A stretch of 64,000 nucleotides of DNA from Okamejei kenojei (Eukaryota): positions 39,122,001 to 39,186,000 of the forward strand of contig CM069135.1 of assembly GCA_035221665.1 (NCBI GenBank), given 5' to 3'. Below the pieces are notes generated by a model that did no database searches, was not told the DNA's origin, and saw only the letters and a program-made list of their open reading frames with translations. The translations under genes were made by a program, and so were the position numbers. Shown one piece after another: positions 12,676 to 25,099 of this stretch (position 1 is the stretch's first letter; each line of letters begins with the position of its first letter).

Positions 12676-13464
12676 TTTTTTTATTTTTATTCAGGTTTGC
12701 AATTTGCACTTAACCTTCCTGGTCTAGTTTCAGACATCTTGAGGGTAAATAACATGAAAACTCTTGGGAAAAAATTGCTGGACAGCAAAATGATCCTACT
12801 GCGCTAAAAAAATCCACCACTTTCCTAACAATGCTTCAAGAAATGAGAGTTGTAAAAAATAAAAATATAAAAAGTTTGTTGTTATTGCAGTTTGTCTTTA
12901 TTTATTTTCCCCGTTATAGAATACTGAATTCTGTTAGGGCAATTATCTGCAACCGAAACAGCCATATCACGGGGATTGCTTGTAAGTGTTCTATTTTAAT
13001 TGTATGAGTTTGCTGCAATCATTATAATGTGATTTAATTATTTTTGAGTTATTCTAACTTTTCATTTATTTTATTTAAAATAATTTGAAAGCTTCTGAAT
13101 ATCAGGGACTTAGCTAGCATCTCATAAAGTTTGAAGCTTTGAGTAGTGCCAGTGCCTGGGTCATGTCTTTGCAATCTGTTTGAGGGATTTTGAGGCTGAG
13201 CCTACTCTGTCTTTTCACATGACCTTATTCTCATGAGGCCCTGCCACTACATCAATCAAGGATGTTTCTGGTCAATATGTTTGGCTCGAGGATCAGATCC
13301 AGATCAGTACAGGGCTATGGGAGATCTAAGGGGCAAGCATAGGTGGCAGGGTATGCTCAGCAGAATCCAGCCCACAAATCTGGCATAGAAACTTCAAGTC
13401 TCCTGAGTTTCTTTGAATATTGGATTGGAATCATTTACATCCATCCGCAAGATTATTAAAAGTT

Positions 13465-13698
13465 TTTTAGAGATACAGTACAGCACGGAAACAGGCTCTT
13501 CGGCCTACCGAGTCCGCCCGACCAGAGATCTCCACACATTAACATTATCCTAGACACACTAGAGACAATTTACATTTATACCAAGGCAATTAACCTACAA
13601 ACCTGTACTCCCAACAGACAAGCACCCGTAGTCAGGATCGAACCAGGGTCTCTCGCGCTGTAAGTTAGCAACTCTACCGCTGCACCACCGTGCCACCC
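13465..13698 (-). mobile_element. tRNA-derived SINE (HE1/V-SINE-like) with CR1-type tail
   Basis: Minus-strand head gggtggcacggTGGTGCAGCGGtag... (A box) and GGTTCGATCC (B box); 3' ggccgaag..cctgtttccgtgctgta tail shared with CR1 3' ends. Confidence 0.85.
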
Positions 13699-14049
13699 AG
13701 GATCATGTAAGAACTTTTCTAAGAGATGACACCTCTAAAGGGTGGAGCCACCCAGTTATGCAGAGGAATTATAACTCATGAGAGATTCTTAAATATCTGT
13801 TGTAAGGCACAAACCAACAACGATGTGACTCAAAGACTGGAATGTGAGCAGTGAGCCGAGCAAAGGAATTGCAACGTAAACCAGATGATTGATTATTGTC
13901 CGATTTGCCGCATCCTTAGAGGGACAAAATTTAAACTTAGCACTTTCTAAGATGTACTGATCTAATCACTAAATCAAGACTTTTGAAATGTGGTCATTGT
14001 TGCAATAGCACAGTGGCCAATTAACACACAGGCACACACAATCAGTCTA

Positions 14050-16775
14050 ACAATTTCAGGATTACTGCCTGTGCCGCGTGACAGTGATAGTAGGAATGAA
14101 ATGAGGTGGAGGATAAATGCGTGGCTGAGGGACTGGTGCAGTGGGCAGGGATTCAAGTTTCTTGATCACTGGGACCTCTTTTGGGGAAGGCATGATCTGT
14201 ACACAAAGGACGGGTTGCACTTGAGCCCGAGGGGGACCAATATCCTGGCAGGGAGATTTGCAAAGGCTACTGGGGAGACTTTAAACTAGAAAGGCTGGGG
14301 GGAGACACTCGGGTAGAGGGGGCTAGGGGTCAGGGTGTCGGGCAAGAGGCAGAGAAGGGAAGCACTCGGATCCAAAATGTAGGCGAGAAAGATGAAAAAG
14401 ATAATAGACAGAGAATAAGGGATGGTGGGTTTCTAAAATGTGTATATTTTAATGCTAGGAGCATTGTAAGTAAGGTGGACGAACTTAGAGCCTGGATTGA
14501 CACCTGGAAATATGATGTTGTGGCAATCAGTGAAACATGGTTGCAGGAGGGCTGTGATTGGAAACTAAATATTCCAGGATTTCGCTGCTTCAGGTGTGAT
14601 AGAATTGGAGGGACCAGAGGGGGAGGTGTTGCATTGCTTGTCAGAGAAGATATTACAGCAGTGCTTTGGCAGGATAGATTAGAGGGCTCGTCTAGGGAGG
14701 CTATTTGGGTGGAACTGAATGTTTATGTCCCTGTTAGGTTGAAAGGAAATAGTAAAAATTGGAAAGAGCCATGGTTTTCAAGGGAAATTGGACACTTGTT
14801 TCGAAAAAAGAGAGATATCTACAATAATTATAGGAGGCATGGAGTAAATGAGGTGCTAGAGGAGTATAAAGAATGTAAAAAGAATCTTAAGAAAGAAATT
14901 AGGAAGGCTAAAAGAAGATATGAGGTTGCTTTGGCAAGAAAGGTGAAAGTAAACCCAAAGGGTTTCTACAGCTATATTAATAGCAAAAGGATAACGAGGG
15001 ATAAAATTGGACCATTAGAGAACCAGAATGGACAGCTATCTGCAGAGCCAAAAGAGATGGGAGAGATATTGAACAATTTCTTTTCTTCGGTATTCACCAA
15101 GGAGAAGGACATTGAACTCTGTGAGTTAAGGGGAAAAAGTAGAGTAGCTATGGAAACTATGAGATTCAAAGAGGAGGAAGTACTGACACTTTTGAAAAAT
15201 ATAAAAGTGGATAAGTCTCCAGGTCCTGACAGGATATTCCCTAGGACATTGAGGGAAGTTAGTGTAGAAATAGCAGGAGCTATGACAGAAATATTTCAAA
15301 TGTCATTAGAAACGGGAATAGTGCCGGAGGATTGGCGTACTGCGCATGTTGTTCCATTGTTTAAAAAAGGTTCAAAGAATAAACCTAGCAATTATAGACC
15401 TATTAGTTTGACGTCAGTGGTGGGCAAATTAATGGAAAGGATACTTAGAGATAATATATATAAGCATCTGGATAAACAGGGTCTGATCAGGAACAGTCAA
15501 CATGGATTTGTGCCTGGAAGGTCATGTTTGACAAACCTTCTTGAATTTTTTGAAGTGGTAACTAGGGAAATTGATGAGGGTAAAGCAGTGGATGTTGTCT
15601 ATATGGATTTCAGTAAGGCCTTTGATAAGGTTCCCCATGGAAGGTTGGTTAAGAAGGTTCAATCTTTGGGTGTTAATGGCGGAGTAGCAAGATGGATTCA
15701 ACAGTGGCTGAATGGGAGATGTCAGAAAGTAATGGTGGATGGCTGTTTGTCAGGTTGGAAGCCGGTGACCAGTGGGGTGCCTCAGGGATCTGTGTTGGGT
15801 CCACTGTTGTTTGTCATGTACATCAATGATCTGGATGATGGGGTGGAAAATTGGATAAGTAAGTATGCAGATGATACTAAGATAGGTGGTGTTGTGGATA
15901 ATGAAGTAGATTTTCAAAGTCTACAGAGAGATTTGGGCCATTTGGAAAAGTGGGCTGAAAGATGGCAGATGGAGTTTAATGCTGATAAGTGTGAAGTGCT
16001 ACATCTTGGCAGGACAAATCAAAATAGGACGTACATGGTAAATGGTAGGGAATTGAGGAATGCTGTGGAACAGAGGGATCTAGGAATAACTGTGCATAGT
16101 TCCCTGAAGGTGGAATCGCATGTAGATAGGGTGGTAAAGAAAGCCTTTGGTGTGCTGGCCTTTATAAATCAGAGCATTGAATATAGGAGTAGGGAAAGTA
16201 ATGTTAAAAATTGTACAAGGCATTGGTAAGACCAATTCTGGAGTATGGTGTACAATTTTGGTCGCCTAGTTATAGGAAGGATGTCAACAAAATAGAGAGA
16301 GTACAGAGGAGATTTACTAGAATGTTGCCAGGGTTCCAGCAACTATGTTACAGAGAAAAGTTGAACAAGTTAGGTCTTTATTCTTTGGAGCGCAGAAGGT
16401 TAAGGGGGGACTTGATTGAGGTCTTTAAAATGATGAAAGGGATAGACAGAGTTGACGTGGATACGTTTTTCCCATTGAGGGTAGGGAAGATTCAAACAAG
16501 AGGGCATGACATGAGAATTAAGGGACAGAAGTTTCGGGGTAACGTGAGGGGGAACTTCTTTACTCAGAGGGTGGTGGCTGTGTGGAATGTGCTTCCAGCA
16601 GAAGTGGTGGAGGCAGGATCGATTTTAACATTTAAGAGTAAAGTGGATAGGTATATGGACGTGAAGGGAATGGAGGGGTATGGTCTGAGTGCAGGTAGAT
16701 GGGACTAGGGGAAAACAAATGGTCGGCACGGACTGGAAGGGCCGAGAGGGCCTGTTTCCGTGCTGTAATTGTTAC
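14050..16775 (+). mobile_element. Young CR1 LINE: 3' part of esterase ORF1 plus ORF2 with an internal endonuclease deletion
   Basis: ORF1 C-terminus ...LYTKDGLHL (SGNH DxxH); ORF2 with [33 protein letters not shown] and YADD; intact 3'UTR. Confidence 0.95.
14475..16708 (+). pseudogene. CR1 ORF2 (APE endonuclease partly deleted, RT domain open, one frameshift near 16205)
   Basis: ORFs 14475-16229 and 16211-16708 overlap in different frames; the GDFN and SDH endonuclease motifs present in the twin copy (57140-57650) are absent here. Confidence 0.9.
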
Positions 16776-16789
16776 ATGTTATAAGCACG

Positions 16790-17942
16790 AATTGTTCCAT
16801 GTTCTCCAGGAATCTTGGTGGGTGGCAAGGTGGTGCAGCAGTAGCATTGCTGATGGAGAGAAATGTTGGTAACCGTGGAGTGCAGGAGACCCAGGTAGCT
16901 GTGCCTAATGAAAACAGGTACGCCTTCTTGGGAGCTGTCGGGGAGACAACGCTTCCAGTCCGAGCGAGGAGGCAGATGTTGGGCAGAGCCATAGTGGTGG
17001 GTGACTCCATGGTCTGAGGTGCGGACTGGAGATTCTGTGGGAGACATGAGGATGGTCTGTTGCCTTCCTGGTGCTAGGGTTCAAGATGTCACGAACGGAA
17101 TTCAGATCATCCTCGAGAGGGAAGATGAACTGTAGGCAGTAGTTGTGCACGTAGGCACAAACAACATCAGGAACAAGAGAAAGGAGGTTCTGCAATGTGA
17201 GTTCAGAGAGTTAGGATGAAGACTGAAAAGCAGGACTTCTAGGGTGGTTATCTATGGATTGCTTCCAGTACCTCATGCTAGTGAGGGCAGGAACAGGGAG
17301 ATAGGGGATCTGAATGTGTGGCTGAGGGGCTGGTGCAGGGAGCAAGGATTTAGCTTTGTAGACCACTAGGATCTCTTATGGGGGAAGGATGACCTGTACA
17401 AAAGGGACGGGTTACACCTGGAGGGGGACCGACGCTCTGGCAGGCAGGTTTGCTAGGGCCACCAGTGTGGGTTTAAACTAAATAGTGGGGGGGAGGGATT
17501 GACAAATTGGGAGTATAAAGATGGAGTTGAAGTGGAAGTGAGTACAGGAAAAGTTACAAAAGACTCCCGAATTAATGGGAAGGAAAGTTCGAGAAGGGAT
17601 AAAAGAGTACGGTCAGGGCCAATTGCGAGCGGTGCGAGAGGGGAGGTGAATACAGAGGTCAAAGTGTTGGATATGAATGCGCAAAGTATAATAAATAAAG
17701 TGGACGAGCTTGAGGCTCAGTTAGAAATTAGCAAGTATGAAGTTGTGGGAATGACAGAGACATGGCTGCAAGAGGGCCAGGGCTGGGAACTGAATATTCA
17801 AGGGTATACCTCCAATCGAAAAGACAGACAGGTGGGCAGAGGGGGTGGGGTAGCTCTGTTGGTGAGGAATGAAATTCAGTCCCTTGCAAAGGGTGACATT
17901 GAAACAGGAGATGTGGAGTCAGTATGGATAGAACTAAGGAAT
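16790..17942 (+). mobile_element. CR1 LINE 5' part: esterase ORF1 relic and start of ORF2 endonuclease
   Basis: AIVVGDSMV (GDS motif), a DGLHL remnant, then NAQSIINK...TETWL...GGGVALLV. Confidence 0.85.
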
Positions 17943-18390
17943 GGTAACTGCTTTGAAATGCTGCACTGCAAATGGTTGTCGGTGGTGGTAACTGCTTTGA
18001 AATGCTGCACTGCAAATGGTTGTCCGTGGTGGTAACTGCTTTGAAATGCTGCACTGCAAATGGTTGTCAGTGGTGGTAACTGCTTTGAAATGCTGCACTG
18101 CAAATGGTTGTCAGTTGTTGTTAACTGCTTTGAAATGCTGTACTGCAAATAGTTGTCGGTGGTGGTAACTCTTTGAAATGCTGCACTGCAAATGGTTGTC
18201 GGTGGTGGTAACTGCTTTGAAATGCTGCACTGCAAATGGTTGTCAGTGGTGGTAACTGCTTTGAAATGCTGCACTGCAAATGGTTGTCAGTCGTGGTAAC
18301 TGCTTTGAAATGCTGCACTGCAAATGGTTGTTGGTGGTGGTAACTGCTTGGAAATGCTGCACTGCAAATGGTTGTTTGTGGTTGTAACTG
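17943..18390 (+). repeat. 44-bp minisatellite, about 10 copies
   Basis: Unit ggtaactgctttgaaatgctgcactgcaaatggttgtcggtggt repeated head to tail. Confidence 0.95.
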
Positions 18391-19531
18391 GAAAACTTCC
18401 TGTTTGCACTGTATATTGATTTTAGATAAAACGCTACCACTTAACTTATGGCTGTGATTTTTCGCCATCTTCCTCAGTCCCTCTCCGCTCATCAGGTGCA
18501 GAGGATTCTTCCCATCAATGAAAAACAAAAGCGTTATTAATGTTTAAAAAAAGGTTGAGAATCTCTCTTCTGTCAATCACGCCATGAAAGCCACACCCCT
18601 TCCGGTGGGAGGGGGAGGGATTATAAAACCTGGAAGTGTGGGTGCAGCTCAGTCTCTGCAAGATGGGGGAGGGAGAGGTCACGACTCTGTCTGAGCTGTG
18701 AATCAACTGAACACACTGAATGTCTACTGAACTGTGAGTGTGGTGTTTATGTAGTGTTTTGTGTGGTTTTATGGTGGTTTTATGGTGGTTTTACCCTGCT
18801 TAAAATGGTATGAAACTGCATTTGAATGTAGTGGCCCTGCACCCTGCGTGGAATGGTATGAAACTGCACTTGAATTTGGTGGCCTTGTATCCTGCTTGAA
18901 ATGGCATTAAACAGCACTAGCATTTGGTGGCCTTGCACCCTGTTTGAAATGGCATTAAACGGCACTAGCATTTGGTGGCCATGCACCCTGCTTGAAATGG
19001 CATGAAACTGCATGAGTTTGGTGGCCCTGAACCCTGCTTGAAGTGGTAGGAACCTGCACTTGAGTTTGGTGGCCTTGCACCCTGCTTGAAGTGGTAGGAA
19101 ACTGCACTTGAGTTTGATGGCCCTGCACCCTGCTTGAAGTGTAAGAAACTGCAATTGAATTTGGTGGCCTTGCACCCTGTTTGAAATGGTAGGAAACTGC
19201 ATTTGAATTTGGTGGCCTTGCACCCTGCTTGAAATGGAATTTCAAGGAATAGCCGTGAGTCAACTGCTCGCCCACCAGCAGTGAGTGAGCTGCCAGCACA
19301 TCAGGCTTGAGTGACTGAGCTGTCACCCCAAGAATACAGTTAGCCCACAATGTCCATACTAGCCCTCTGTAAACCAGTCCTTTCAGCCCACAATACCCAT
19401 ACTAGCGCTCCAGAAAGCCCCCCCCCCTCCACTGGCCACCAATATTGGAATTGGTGGAGAGGTGGAATATTGCGTTGGGGGACCAGCCCTCCCGTGTCAA
19501 CATGGGAGCCAACGGGTCCCACTTAGTCTAG
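18391..19531 (+). mobile_element. Non-autonomous Helitron lacking its 5' tip
   Basis: 3' hairpin tgggagcc-aac-gggtccca followed by cttagtCTAG|T; 18395-18570 is homologous to 63800-63970, whose copy starts with TC after an A. Confidence 0.8.
18790..19235 (+). repeat. 48-bp minisatellite inside the Helitron, about 9 copies
   Basis: Unit ctgcttgaaatggtaggaaactgcacttgaatttggtggccttgcacc; explains the 16-aa periodicity of the minus-strand ORFs. Confidence 0.95.
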
Positions 19532-19639
19532 TTACTTTATAAAAGTCGACTGACAGCTTATAGAGAGAACAATCTGCGCATGCGCAGTTTAAGATTTTTT
19601 TAAAGCCGACTGACTGCCTACCCTGACTAATTACTCATG

Positions 19640-20672
19640 GCACGTGCCTGGTAAGGGGCGACCGTGGCTGACAAGGGACGTCAGGGACAGTATAAAAATA
19701 AAAGAGAAGTACAATGTAGCAAAGATGACTGGGTAGCAAGAGGATTGGTTAATGTTTAAAGAGCAACAGAAGATAACTAAAAAGGCAATACGGGGAGAAA
19801 AGATGAAATTCGAAGGTAAGCTTCTTTATGTATGTGAAGAGGAAAACATTAGTTAAGACCAAAGTTGGACCCTTGAAGACTGAAAAAGGGGAATTTATTA
19901 TGGGGAACAAGGAAATGGCAGATAAGTTGAACAGGTACTTTGGATCCATCTTCACAAAGGAGGATACAAACAATCTTCCGGATGTACTAGTGGCCAGAGG
20001 ATCTGGGGTGACGGACGAACTGAAAGAAATCAACGTTAGGCAGGAAATGGTGTTGGGTAGACTGATGGGACTGAAGGCAGATAAATCCCCAGGGCCTGAT
20101 GGTCTGCATCCCAGGGTGCTTAAGGAAGTGGCTCTAGAAATCGTGGACGCATTGGTGATAATTATTTCTCCAATGTTCTATAGATTCAGGATCAGTTCCT
20201 GTGGATTGGAGGGTAGCTAATGTCATTCCACATTTTCAGAAAGACAGGTGAGAGAAAACAGGGAATTATAGACAGTTAGCCAGACATCGGCGGTGGGGAA
20301 GATGCTGGAGTCAATGATAAAAGATGAAATAGCGACACATTTGGATAGCAGTAACAGGATCGGTCTGAGTCAGCATGGATTTACGAAGGGGAAATTATGC
20401 TTGACTAATCTTCTGGAATTTTTTGAGGATGTAACTAGGGGAGGTAGTGTACCTGGATTTTCAGAAAGCATTGGATAAGGCCCCACATAGGAGATTAGTT
20501 GGCAAAATTAGGATTCATGGTATTGGGGGTAGAGAGCTGAAATGGATAGAAAATTGGTTGGCAGACATAAAACAAAGAGTAGGGATTAACGGGTCCCTTT
20601 CAGAATGGCAGGCAGTGACTAGTGGGGTACCACAAGGCTTTGTGCTGGGACCGCAGCTATTTACAATATATT
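19640..20672 (+). mobile_element. CR1 ORF2 fragment
   Basis: KSPGPDGLHPRVLKE, QHGF.KGK.CLTNL, GVPQG.VLGPQLF. Confidence 0.9.
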
Positions 20673-21091
20673 AGGCCCAGGCTAATTTCAATTTTAAAGG
20701 CCCCCAAACCAAGATCAAGCAAATATAGAGAGTGAATGTTTTACATTCACAAATTAGAAGACGAATTATTGTTTTTTTGCCCATTCTTATGTAATTGGAA
20801 TATTTAATATGTAGATAGTTAAAATATTTAAAAATTATTTAGTTTTTTCTCTCGTTTCAATTTTTGACAAATTTAACACTTTTTCTTCATAATATGAAAA
20901 CAATTATGATTAATACAAAAACTTTTTTTTATTGCAAGTTTTCGTTTTACATATTATTTTACAAGTGCGTTACGATCTTTTAGCGATGCAAAATCATTGA
21001 TTAGAGATGTAAAGTTTAGTTGCCGTGCAATATCACAATTAATATTCAACATGGCAAGTCCATTCAAACGTTCTCGTCCCATAGTTGAACG
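20673..21091 (-). mobile_element. hAT (Tip100/ZMYM1-like) transposon 3' relic with transposase C-terminus at 20954-21091
   Basis: Manual minus-strand translation RSTMGRERLNGLAMLNINCDIARQLNFTSLINDFASLKDRNALVK* resembles the tail of the hAT dimerisation domain; followed by AT-rich DNA and aggccc motifs. Confidence 0.75.
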
Positions 21092-21172
21092 ATGGTGATT
21101 CCCCGATTCCCCGATGGTGATTCCCTGATTTCCCCGAGCTCTTCAGTTGCCTCCCACACTCCAAAGACATAC

Positions 21173-23222
21173 ATAGAAACATAGAAATTAGGTGCAGGAG
21201 CAGGCCATTCGGCCCTTCGAGCCTCCACCGCCATTCAATATGATCATGGCTGATCATTCAACTCAAAATCCTGTTCCTGCCTTCTTTCCATACCCTCTGA
21301 TCTCTTCAGCCACAAGGACCACATCCAACTCCCTCTTAAATATGGCCAACGAACTGGCCTCAATTACCTTCTGTGGCAGAGAATTCCACAGATTCACCAC
21401 TCTCTGTGTGAAAAACGATTTTCTCATCTCGGTCCTAAAAGACTTCCCCCTTATCCTTAAACTGTGACCCCTTGTCATGGACTTCCCCAACATTGGGAAC
21501 AATCTTCCTGCATCTAGCCTGTCCAACCCCTTAAGAATTTTGTAAGTCTCTATGAGATCACCCCTCAATCTTCTAAATTCCAGTGAGTACAAGCCGAGTC
21601 TATCCAGTCTTTCTTCATATGGAAGTCGTGCCATCCCAGGAATCAGTCTGGTGAACCTTCTCTGTACTCCCTCTATGGCAAGAATGTCTTTCCTCAGATT
21701 AGCAGACCAAAACTGTACGCAATACTCCAGGTGTGGCCTCACCAAGACCTGTACAACTGCAGTAGAACCTCCCTGCTCTTGTACTCAAATCCTTTTGCTA
21801 TGAATGCCAACATACCATTCGCTTTCTTCACAGCCTGCTGCACCTTCATGCCTACTTTCAATGACTGGTGTATCATGACACCCAGGTCTCGCTGCATCTC
21901 CCCTTTTCCTAATCGGTCACCATTCAAATAATAGTCTACCTTCCTGTTTTTGCCACTAAAGTGGATAACCTCACATTTATCCACATTATACTGCATCTGC
22001 CATGCATTTGCCCACTCACCCAGTCTATCCAATCACCCTGCAGCCTCCTAGCATCCTCCTCACAGCTAACACTGCCCCCCAGCTTCGTGTCATCCGCAAA
22101 CTTCGAGATGTTGCATTTAATTCCCTCGTCCAAATCATTAATGTATATTGTAAATAGCTGGGGTCCCAGCACTGAGCCTTGCGGCACCTCACTAGTCACT
22201 GTCTGCCATCCTGAAAAGGACCCGTTCACTCCTACTCTTTGCTTCCTGTCTGCCAGCCAGTTCTCTATCCACATCAATACTGAACCACCAATACCGTGTG
22301 CTTTAAGTTTGTATACCAATCTCTTGTGTGGGATCTTGTCGAAAGCCTTCTGAATGTCCAGATATAACACATCCACTGCTTCTCCCTTATCCACTCTACT
22401 AGTTACATCCTCAAAAAATTCAATAAGATTCGTCAGACATGATTTACCCTTGGTAAATCCATGCTGACTTTGTCCAATGATTTCACCACTTTCCAAATGC
22501 GCTGCTTTTGATAATCTTTGATAATTGACTATAGCAGTTTCCCCACTACCGATGTTAGACTAACTGGTCTGTAATTCCCCGTCTTCTCTCTCCCTCCCTT
22601 TTTAAAAAGTGGGGTTACATTAGCTACCCTCCAATCCTCAGGAACTACTCCAGAATCCAAAGTGTTTTGAAAAATTATCACTAAGGCATCTGCTATTTCT
22701 GGGGCTACTTCCTTAAGTACCCTGGGATGCAGCCTATCTGGCCCTGGGGATTTATCAGCCTTTAATCCATTCAATTTACCCAACACCACTTTCCGGCTAA
22801 CCTGGATTTCACTCATTTCCTCCATCTCATTTGACCCGTGATCCCCTGCTATTTCCGGCAAATTATTTATGTCTTCCTTAGTGAAGACAGAACCAAAGTA
22901 GTTATTCAATTGGTCTGCCATGTCCTTGTTCCCCATGATCAATTCACCCATTTCTGACTGCAAGGGACCTACATTTGTTTTAACTAATCTTTTGCGCTTC
23001 ACATATCAATAAAGACTTTTGCAGTCAGTTTTTATGTTTCCTGCCAGTTTTCTTTCACACTCCATTTTCCCTTTCCTAATTAAGCCCTTTGTCCTCCTCT
23101 GTTGGTCTCTGAATTTCTCCCAGTCCTCTGGTAGGCTGCTTTTTCTGGCTAATTTGTACGCTTCATCTTTTTCTTTGATACTATCCCCGATTTCCCTCGT
23201 TATCCACGGATGCGCCACCTTC
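21173..23222 (-). mobile_element. CR1 LINE, 5'-truncated ORF2 with frameshifts
   Basis: Successive minus ORFs 23006-23218, 22529-23002, 21936-22496 (FADD), 21739-22032 and 21263-21745; catagaaa repeat tail at about 21173. Confidence 0.95.
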
Positions 23223-23229
23223 CCTTCAC

Positions 23230-23381
23230 CATGCAGGTTTGTAGGTTAATTGGCTTATGTTTGCATACTTAGTATAAGTGTAAATGGTCCCTAGTGTGTG
23301 TGTAGGCTTGTGATAATATGCGGGGATCGCTGGTCGGTGCAGAATCGGTGGGCCGAAGGGCCATCTCTAAACTAAACTAAA
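23230..23381 (+). mobile_element. 3' part of HE1-like SINE (upstream part at about 21100-21172)
   Basis: caggtttgtaggttaattggc...ggtgggccgaagggcc...(ctaaa)n continues cctcccacactccaaagac at about 21150. Confidence 0.75.
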
Positions 23382-24109
23382 TACAGGCAGTTCTCTCAAG
23401 GTGCTCTATGATGTAGGCAAAATATAGCATTTTAATTATGCTTTAAACACAACAATGAGGACATATTTTCTGTTCAAACCAGTAGGTAGAGCTACTAGGT
23501 ATAAATGTAACATTATCTCTAGTGTGCATAGGTTAGTGTTAGTGTGCCAGAGTCCGGCGTATACAGCTATACAGCGAAGTTTATTACAGCCAGGCTTACA
23601 TTTGTCCTTTATTATTGGAATAGATGTTAGCAGGTTTACTCTGATGCCAACCACAATGAACGAAAGAAATCGCCCCACTAACACACTCACCAATGTAGTA
23701 GCTAGGTGAAATCTTCAGGCAGTGATATAGTGAAGAAAGGGATTTCACATGCAGATTATGCTGCAAGCATCCAAGCAGATTTACGGAACGGCAAATGAAT
23801 AAATCAATGGGAATACTTGGGTTGATCTTCATTCAGAGATGGGCGTCAGGGGTTGCAAAGATCAAAGCATGCAATGAGTGGTCTGGACAGCTGGATTATG
23901 AGTCTCCGAGAATAGATCTCCCAGGCCCCATGTAAATACCAGGGAATTGGCTCCCATCCAGAGCCAGGGAGAATAACGCAAATGGAAATTTGCAAGAAAT
24001 CAGAGTGCCACCTGTGACCCTCAGAATTGGCCATGGGCAAGCAAATAGAATGTATGCACTTGGGGGATGTGTCTAATTCAGGGAAAGGAGAAGCCTAGAT
24101 TTTTATGCA

Positions 24110-24375
24110 TTTAGTTTAGAGATACAATGTGGAAACAAGCCCTTTGACCCACTAAGTCCACGCCAACAAACGATCGCCCATACACCAGTTCTAAACCAGA
24201 CACTAGGGACAATCTACAGAAGCCAATTAACCTGCAAAGCTGCACGTCTTTAGAATGTGGGAGGAAACGGGAGCACACACAGAGAAAAACCACACATTCA
24301 CAGGGAGATCATATCCTGAAACTCCATACAGACAGCATCTGTAGTCCGGATCGAACCAGGATCTCTGGCACTGAA
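24110..24375 (-). mobile_element. HE1-like tRNA SINE
   Basis: Same body as 13465-13698; B box seen as ggatcgaacc near 24350. Confidence 0.8.
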
Positions 24376-25099
24376 GGCATCCTGAAGTTATTTGCAGGCA
24401 GTGACATCGGCATTAACAATGATTGCTGTTGAAAATCTGCTCCTGCATACCCAAAATAATTCTGCCTAAAAATTAGTTCCTAACATACCTTGGAAGCTTC
24501 TGACTCTTATGCTCAATGGAGGGTAACATGAACCAATCAGTAGGTAGTAAGTAGGGTAAGCTGTACAAGCTGTACAAGAAAGGGGTTGAGGTATTCAACA
24601 GTTGTCTTTGTTTGGGTCAGTTCTATTCCATTATCTATGAAACATATTTAATCCTGCTCCACAGTTTGAATCTAGATCTGCAGTTGGAGGCCTGTATACA
24701 TCACATTACACAAGTGTTCATGCCAAAAAGTGTCCATTGCATGAAACATGCAGGTGCTTTGAAATGCGGCGGGAGGCAGGATCCTTTCAAAATGGAGCAG
24801 CATGGTATCGGAGCCGCCGTAGTCAAAATCAACCTCCAAAAACAAAATCAAAAACATACTTGCCCATAAAATATTATTCAATCTGCACATATGCAGACAC
24901 AATTTACTCAGCATCAGCAGGAAGACACCTGAGAAGGATGAATCAGCATTTTATTTGAGTACCCATAATCATGGATCGTACAAAGGAACCGCAGTAAGTC
25001 CTGAGAGAGAGAGAGAGCCTTGGGAATGGAGGTGAGGGTTGGCTTTTCTAAAGGGATAGTGATGGGAAGGTGTGGGTCTGCGTCATCTGTGGGCAATTA

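Noticed and set aside
13620-13698. tRNA gene
   Set aside because: The A and B boxes belong to a SINE head that continues into SINE body and tail.
17943-19235. Regular repeat arrays as CRISPR or as repeat-protein genes
   Set aside because: Units are head to tail with no unique spacers, there are no cas genes and the context is vertebrate. The periodic ORFs are by-products of the minisatellites.
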